Made by a program: the position numbers and the translations under genes
Notes under the pieces: generated by a model
Databases searched by the model: none
What the model was told of the DNA's origin: nothing
The model's input: the letters and a program-made list of their open reading frames with translations, nothing else
Source: Azolla caroliniana
Lineage: Eukaryota > Plantae > Polypodiophyta
DNA: 13,269 nucleotides
Reading direction: 5' to 3'
Assembly: GCA_043228905.1 (NCBI GenBank)
Contig: JBHGNT010000972.1
Location: 1-13,269, forward strand
In this document: in pieces, positions 7,770-13,269 of the stretch
How positions within the stretch are numbered: position 1 is the stretch's first letter
How the letters are laid out: each line of letters opens with the position of its first letter

Positions 7770-9179
7770 TTTGTTTTGATATTGTTCGACGTGTCAAGAG
7801 TCATCACTCTGCTGACTCAACGACTTATAGGTTTTTATGAGCAGTGCTTCTGTATGCGATGTGTGCATGACGTTGGAAGTAAGAACATGAGAAACTTGTG
7901 AACAGCATTCCCCATTTCTATGTGGTAGATTCATCTTTGAAAGGGGAAGGAGATGCTGGATTAATACAAACACTTAACCTAACCATGATCACAATCAGAT
8001 TTTCTTCTTGGATTTTCATGTCGCAAAAGTTGCTGAAGCTCCCATATCAACCATATATAGTCATCGCACCTGAAAAATCTATGTTGTACACAACCCCAAA
8101 CTGAAGGTAGGTAGGCACTAAATATTTTGATATGTACATAACTATAGGTGGAATTCCTATGGGACAGAAAATGATGAACATACACTATGGTTAATTATAT
8201 TTATAGTAGACTTGTTAGCAATTGGATGATAATTGATTACACATGTATATATGATTTGTGAATATGAAAACATCGTCAATGACTAGATTTCACATTGCAA
8301 CTCAACCAAGGTATATACGAAACTTGGTTTGCGATGCGTCCTTAGTCTTGGTGGAGAACTTTGTAGTTGCCGAAATATTAGGCCTAGTGTGGACACACAA
8401 TATTCAAGCTCACACATGAACAATACCCCAGTCTCTCCAAAATCTCTCTTATATAATTAATGCAAACACCAATGTCTTACTAATCATTATCATTTTGGTT
8501 CTTATGTGCCTTACATTCTTAATCTCTTTATATGTGAAATGTGCTAATTTGATTTGTTCATGTGGACCAAACATCATATCAAATGCTGTATACATACTGA
8601 TTCAGCACAGTTATAAATAAATGTTCTAATGACTACCTTGTTGCAATGAACATATTCAAAGTCATTAGACATGAGGTAATTGCTCCATGGGTGTGTATAC
8701 TTCTTCATGTGTTCACACCTTGTCGTGTGTATGGTTCTCCATCAGCTTGTGACAATGCACATGTCTCTCGTAGAATAGTATTGAGTCTTGATTACAAACA
8801 TTCAATGGTGGAACCCATCGGATCATCTCCCTTGACACATGCATTTACGTAATATGTTTGACCTTGTATTAAGGCATATGTTTTGGATGGTTACGGGTCT
8901 CTTCGTGCTACATGGGAGATCTTGTTCACGTGTGGGAGAGAAATCATCCACAAACACCAATTACTGAATTACAACCCACAAAAAGATGAGATCGATGGAT
9001 GCATTTTCCGGAGACCAGATTTCTAGTGCCACACATTTTCTACATCTCTAGGGCTCATCTTCCCCAATGATTTGCTTGGACTCAGTTTTTGTATTAGTCT
9101 GAGATGACTTTGGAGACTCTGGACAGTTTTGTGAGATTGATTGGCACATATACATATGAACAAAGAACAGAGTCTTTTG

Positions 9180-9296
9180 AAAAGCGCAACCCCCCCCACA
9201 AAAACAGGGAGGGAGTACCACGCAGGTCGGCGCAAAATCGGAGGGATCCCCATCCATTCAACCTTCGATCCTCCATTCTCTGTTCTGATCGGCAGC
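9180..9296 (+). promoter_or_regulatory. CpG-rich proximal promoter / 5' UTR of the UBAC2-like gene
   Basis: Local GC/CpG-rich patch (CGCAGGTCGGCGC, TCGGAGG, TTCGATC) in otherwise CpG-poor DNA, followed by a pyrimidine-rich leader directly before the ATG at 9297. Confidence 0.5.
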
Positions 9297-9321
9297 ATGA
9301 ACACCGGGCATTCTGGTTTCC
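9297..9321 (+). CDS. UBAC2: Coding exon 1 (25 nt, MNTGHSGF+C) of a UBAC2 / rhomboid-like protein 20 homolog
   Basis: ATG AAC ACC GGG CAT TCT GGT TTC C|GTGAGT with a consensus donor (phase 1). Joined to 10944 it gives MNTGHSGFHNAPVSK..., matching my recollection of Arabidopsis RBL20/UBAC2 MNGGPSGFHNAPVTK. Confidence 0.85.
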
Positions 9322-9481
9322 GTGAGTTTCTTTCTTCCTCCTGTCTTCCTAATCACGGAACCCAGAAGTTAAATGAAGTCCTGTTTTCTGGTCCTGCTTC
9401 CTTTCTTCTTTGTTAATAATCTCAGCCGCAAGTGTTGTACATCTGTAAGGCTCTGATGCCTCTGATGAAATTATTGGAAAG

Positions 9482-9513
<32 letters not shown>
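9482..9513. repeat. (AGAT)8 microsatellite in UBAC2 intron 1
   Basis: Read directly. Confidence 0.95.
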
Positions 9514-9539
9514 TCTATTATCATCCTCAGAGGTCAAAT

Positions 9540-9710
9540 ATGAACGATGGAACCAAAAGTTAAACATTTTAGTAATTGGAGTTAAGGAGTGACTATCATC
9601 GTCCAAGGATTTTTCTAATGAGCATTGCAATGGAAAGTGCACATTGAGACAGAGAGCAATGTGTGTAGGGAAAAGCATAACCAGGTGAGAAAGATAGAAA
9701 GATCGTGGAG
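9540..9710 (+). mobile_element. Possible degenerate LINE ORF1 fragment
   Basis: Pieces ERWNQKLNILVIGVKE ... RAMCVGK ... EKDRKIV resemble the ER.RR.N...I.G..E ... A.RVG ... R.I.V pattern of LINE ORF1 proteins; frameshifts and stops are present. Confidence 0.35.
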
Positions 9711-9744
9711 ACCGAATATGATTTTATGTTATGATGCCATGTCC

Positions 9745-9806
9745 ATGGGGAGGATTGAACTTGGGATCTCAGGATTTTTATGCCTTTGATGTCACTATGC
9801 AAACCT
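9745..9806 (-). mobile_element. Possible second, more degenerate tRNA-derived SINE head
   Basis: The minus strand reads GGTTTGCATAGTGAC (A-box-like) ... ATCCTGAGATCCCAAGTTCAATCCTC (variable loop / T-arm / B-box-like) at tRNA spacing. Confidence 0.35.
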
Positions 9807-10161
9807 CCTAATTAATAGCTGGAGAGAGATGACCATCCAAGATCACAAACAATACAAAGCTAGCAATTGCCCCTCTTATATCCATTTCAATTTCCTTGTC
9901 TCTATGATCAAATAGCTGTGCACAAAACGGTACACAAATATTTACAGAGTCACATGAACCCTTCGGGATTCTCTGTGGACTCTGTCAATTAAAAAACAAG
10001 GAAATGCCATATAGGCAATGGGATGTACGGCATGAAGTGATGAATTACAAAATTTCCTCTGCATGTGGCAACTATCTAGAATATTGCTATGATACATACT
10101 TCAACTGGCGAATGTGCCCAAAAATGGTAAGGTGTGCATAAAGTGGGAATGCGTTTCACAT

Positions 10162-10277
10162 CTACCAATATCAAAGGAGATTCTAAGTTAATCTATATCC
10201 TTGAGGTGTTACCAAATTACTTCCAATATCAAAGGATATTATAAGCTAAGCTATATCTGTAGGATGCTACCAAATTT
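10162..10277. repeat. Two-copy 58-bp tandem repeat
   Basis: Units start at 10162 and 10220; 46/58 identical in an ungapped manual alignment. Confidence 0.85.
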
Positions 10278-10943
10278 CTCCCTTGTGCAAACACTCATCG
10301 GTCTGGAGACAAAGAAAGAACTGCTCATATATGCTGAGGTATTGGACAGTGAAGAAACCTGTGAATACTATCTTCCTAAGAGACCCCACAGAAATAGCCA
10401 ATACCATTGAATGTGTGGATTTTCTAAAGGAGCTGCCATTTTGGGCAACCACTGGCAATAACTTACCAGTTGAACACATTAACATCACTACGAGGAATCC
10501 ATTTTCCTCATTTTCCCATACTTTTGTCACCTGCCAATGCAAAGAAGCAATGCCACATATGACCCCACGGGAAAATAAAGCACTAGTTATAGCTTCAGAA
10601 TCAATCATCCCAGAATATTTCCCATTACCAATTGGCATCCATCTTCCTCGTTTTTCCATTCTTTTCTGATCTTTCCATCCAAACGACCAAAGCTACATAT
10701 GAGCCTATGGTAAAATATCAGTACTGGAATATTCTGATTAGTCATCCCAAAATATTCTGATTTTATAAAGGACATATGATTCTACAAAAAAAGAAACCTT
10801 GAAATCTGGCTTTTGCTTGCTTTACCCATGGTGCACTGGTGCATTATCTGATCTTCTATATCAATCTAGATTTTGTGAAACATGAAACTTCATGGATTTT
10901 TATCCCTTATCATTAACACGTATCTTCTACTTTTTGCTGATAG

Positions 10944-11041
10944 ACAATGCCCCCGTGTCAAAGGTGTTAGTTATGGCATGCAGCATTGCATCACTATTGG
11001 CCGGCACACGAGCAGCCAAGGGTTGCAGTCTTTCTTACCAG
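10944..11041 (+). CDS. UBAC2: Coding exon 2 of the UBAC2 / rhomboid-like 20 homolog (remaining exons not found in the window)
   Basis: Branch-like TTAAC at about 10913, a pyrimidine tract and TAG| at 10943. Encodes (H)NAPVSKVLVMACSIASLLAGTRAAKGCSLSYQ, paralleling remembered Arabidopsis HNAPVTKAFVI...FFG.......LGLSYQ. The 3' end is 11041 (GC donor) or 11045 (GT donor). Confidence 0.85.
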
Positions 11042-11677
11042 GCCAGTAAGCAAAATTTGCATGTCTTTTGTTTTTTGGTGTTATCTGATGCAAGTGAATC
11101 TTATCATGAAAAATTACTTTTGTTCTTCTTTTGTTGCATTATTTAATAAAGTATTTGATTTATTTTTAGCCTGGATTTCGTGAATTAAGAAGATATTGTA
11201 AAGCCAGTGTGAAATGGCTGAGAGACAATTGCCCATAGTCTGACAGGATAAGTGGGCTAAGATAAATGTTTTTTGAACTGGCAGTATGAGCATTATTCAA
11301 ACAAAAATCCTTTGAGTAGAACCCCAAATTTAGCTTCATAGCTAATGGAGAGTTATTTTACAGCGCTAAATCCTGCTGGTGCAATAGCTGATTTGATCTC
11401 TTTTTCTATTTTTTTCAGTGGAGAATACCTTGAAAGATCTATATTCAGGTTTTAGCTGCTAAATAGACTTAAATCTCTGGCAGTGTTTTTAGGTGGCAAG
11501 CCTTATCTTATTGAATCCTCTTCCTTTTAATCTTCAAGTTCTATCTAAAAGAAATTCTGAAAGTGATGCCATTTTCGGAACCAGCAAAGTGTCAATATCC
11601 TTTTCCAGGAGCAATCTAGCATCATGGATGTGAAATTAATCCTTAGCGAGTCCAAAATCTGACGGAGGTCTTTATTT

Positions 11678-13210
11678 GATTGGGATTTCCTTCATGGTAC
11701 TCTTGTAGGACTTGGTTTTCCTGAGAAATGGGTGGTAGGAGTCTCCTCTTTGTACAAATCAGTATACAGTTCAATTTTGTTGGGAGGGGTTAAAGGTGAC
11801 GTGCATCAAATTTCCCGATGTGTAAAATAGGGTTTTTCTGTTTTTCACTGAAGCTATGAGTTTGTTTTGGGTTGTTGAGGATGTTGGCTTGAAAGGAATA
11901 GCTATGCCCCTTTATGGGAAAAATGTTATGGATGTGGAATTTGCTGATGCTACAGTTTTGTATCTAGATGGTCAGCTTATTAATCTGTACAAATGTACAC
12001 AGCATTGCAAACGTTTTGTATGGCTGCAGCTTATTAATCTGTGGTTTTTGGGTGGCACCTGAGAGAATTAGGAAAAAATTGATATTTTGGAGTAAAGCTA
12101 AATTATCTTTTGCGGGCAAAGTGGTAGTAGTTTATCAAGTTCTTCTATCTAGTCTTTGGTATATTATGTCATGCTGGAGTTTTTCCAGATCATGTTTGGA
12201 ATTATTTATGACTTGGCAATGAAGGAAGTCATGCAAGGGCAAAGGTTTCTTGGTCCACAATTGTTCAGCTGTCGCATCAGGGAGGATTAGTAATTGTTGA
12301 TCCATTACACCAGTCAAAAGCTTTGCTTGTGAAATTGGTGATTTGGGGATTGCCACCGGAACCAGAACCAGAACCAAGGAAACAAATGTTGATGTACAAA
12401 TTGCAAAGTCTTTGTCCCAAAACTGGTGGCGTTTGGAAGTCCAATATTTGATTACAAGTCTGCTATTTCTACAAAATGGGAAGACAGCTTTATTCGATCT
12501 GTTCTTAATTCATGGAAGGACGTCTCTCTGGATTTAGTTAAGAGATCTCCAAAAACAGAAGCTGAATTTTGTAGACAACCCTTGCTAAGCATGTTTGTGG
12601 AGTTGTGATTTTGCGATGGAAATATGGAAAGGAATCGTAACACTATAAATACTAGTATATCTTCGAGTGGGTTATACATGGGGCTGGTATTATGGGCTGT
12701 GCTACAAGGTCAAACCGATGTTATATGAACAAGAGGATGTTGCAGATGCTCGTTCTATGAGACATGGTCTGATGCAAAAAACAATTATACCCTTGAATCC
12801 ACAAATAGAGACTGGTAAACCTGAAATATGGCAATTGGTAACTAGTATCATTATTTGGTATATTTGGAAGGCCGGATGTTTTAAAGGTATTCCAAAATGT
12901 GACCGAAAACCCTGCCCAGATAATTATTGGGATTTGAACGGAGATTGCTTATAGTTTTTTTGGATAGCATAAAAGGTAATATTCAACAGGAAGAGTTACA
13001 AAGATAGGAGTTCATGTTATGGGACAAAAGAATATATTATAGGCAGGTTTTTGACAAGGTGAAATGGTTTTACTCTACACCAAAGTATTTATCTAAGTCG
13101 ACAATTAGAATTTAACATGGGGGTAATTAATCCATATGTACATATTTCATGTACAGCCTTAGGGTGTTTCTTGTACTAATGTAGTATTTTTGTTTTGGGA
13201 AAATAAAAAT
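11678..13210 (+). mobile_element. Degenerate, internally deleted LINE (L1-like) from the RT domain to the 3' end, in UBAC2 intron 2
   Basis: DWDFLHGTLVGLGFPEKWV..VSSLY...ISRCVK*G (RT; cf. SRSVRQGCP), EFADATVLYL (cf. FADDT), IRKKLIFWSKAKLSFAGKVVVV.QVLLSSLWY, AKVSWSTI.....GGL.IVDP, IWQLVTSIIIWYIWKAGC, KVKWFYSTPKYL..* (13113-13115), then an AT-rich 3' UTR. Many stops and frameshifts. Confidence 0.9.
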
Positions 13211-13269
13211 TAAATTAGCTAAACTGGTTGTCCAATTGGCATTTTACTGCCCTCTGGAAGATCCACAGC

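Noticed and set aside
7979-8070. Minus-strand exon-like segment (TTTTCAG|GTGCG...)
   Set aside because: No recognisable peptide or partner exons.
10267-10669. 130-aa (-) and 128-aa (+) ORFs inside UBAC2 intron 1
   Set aside because: No recognisable domain in either; intronic, possibly TE debris.
1255-11041. PLM, PPR and UBAC2 as a functional gene cluster
   Set aside because: No shared pathway or regulatory evidence in the sequence; adjacency alone is uninformative in a plant genome.
11419-11448. Candidate UBAC2 exon 3 after the strong acceptor TTTTTTTCAG (11418)
   Set aside because: Phase 0 gives WRIP* and phase 1 gives MENTLKDLYS; neither resembles the expected conserved sequence. At most a cryptic exon.
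11595-11603. ATATCCTTT, a U12 (AT-AC) donor-like motif
   Set aside because: No homologous exon precedes it and it sits beside LINE debris; likely chance.
13219-13269. Possible UBAC2 exon 3 start (..ALWKIHS)
   Set aside because: Poor acceptor (no pyrimidine tract) and only a WK match at the wrong spacing.

Overview
Eukaryotic (land plant) nuclear DNA, most likely a fern judging by the style of the PPR protein (inference). It is AT-rich and dense in microsatellites and retroelement debris. Three genes are recognisable. (1) Exon 1 of a PHLOEM UNLOADING MODULATOR-like (PLM, sphingomyelin-synthase family) gene on the minus strand (1736->1255), whose intron runs off the left edge. (2) An intronless PLS-class PPR RNA-editing factor on the plus strand (5909-7321) that stops early in E2. 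(3) The first two coding exons of a UBAC2 / rhomboid-like 20 gene on the plus strand (9297-9321 and 10944-11041); the ORF track does not resolve them as a gene. The most notable hidden feature is a decayed E+/DYW cytidine-deaminase tail directly behind the PPR stop codon (7322-7769). It starts in the same frame, carries several stops and frameshifts, and lacks the HxE catalytic motif. Other points of interest are a GC/GT tandem splice donor in UBAC2, a LINE fragment bracketed by (GA)n, a tRNA-derived Pol III-type element, and three perfect hairpins just upstream of the PPR. Family assignments rest on manual translation compared with remembered consensus sequences; no database search was run. 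I see no evidence of a wholly new multi-gene system.
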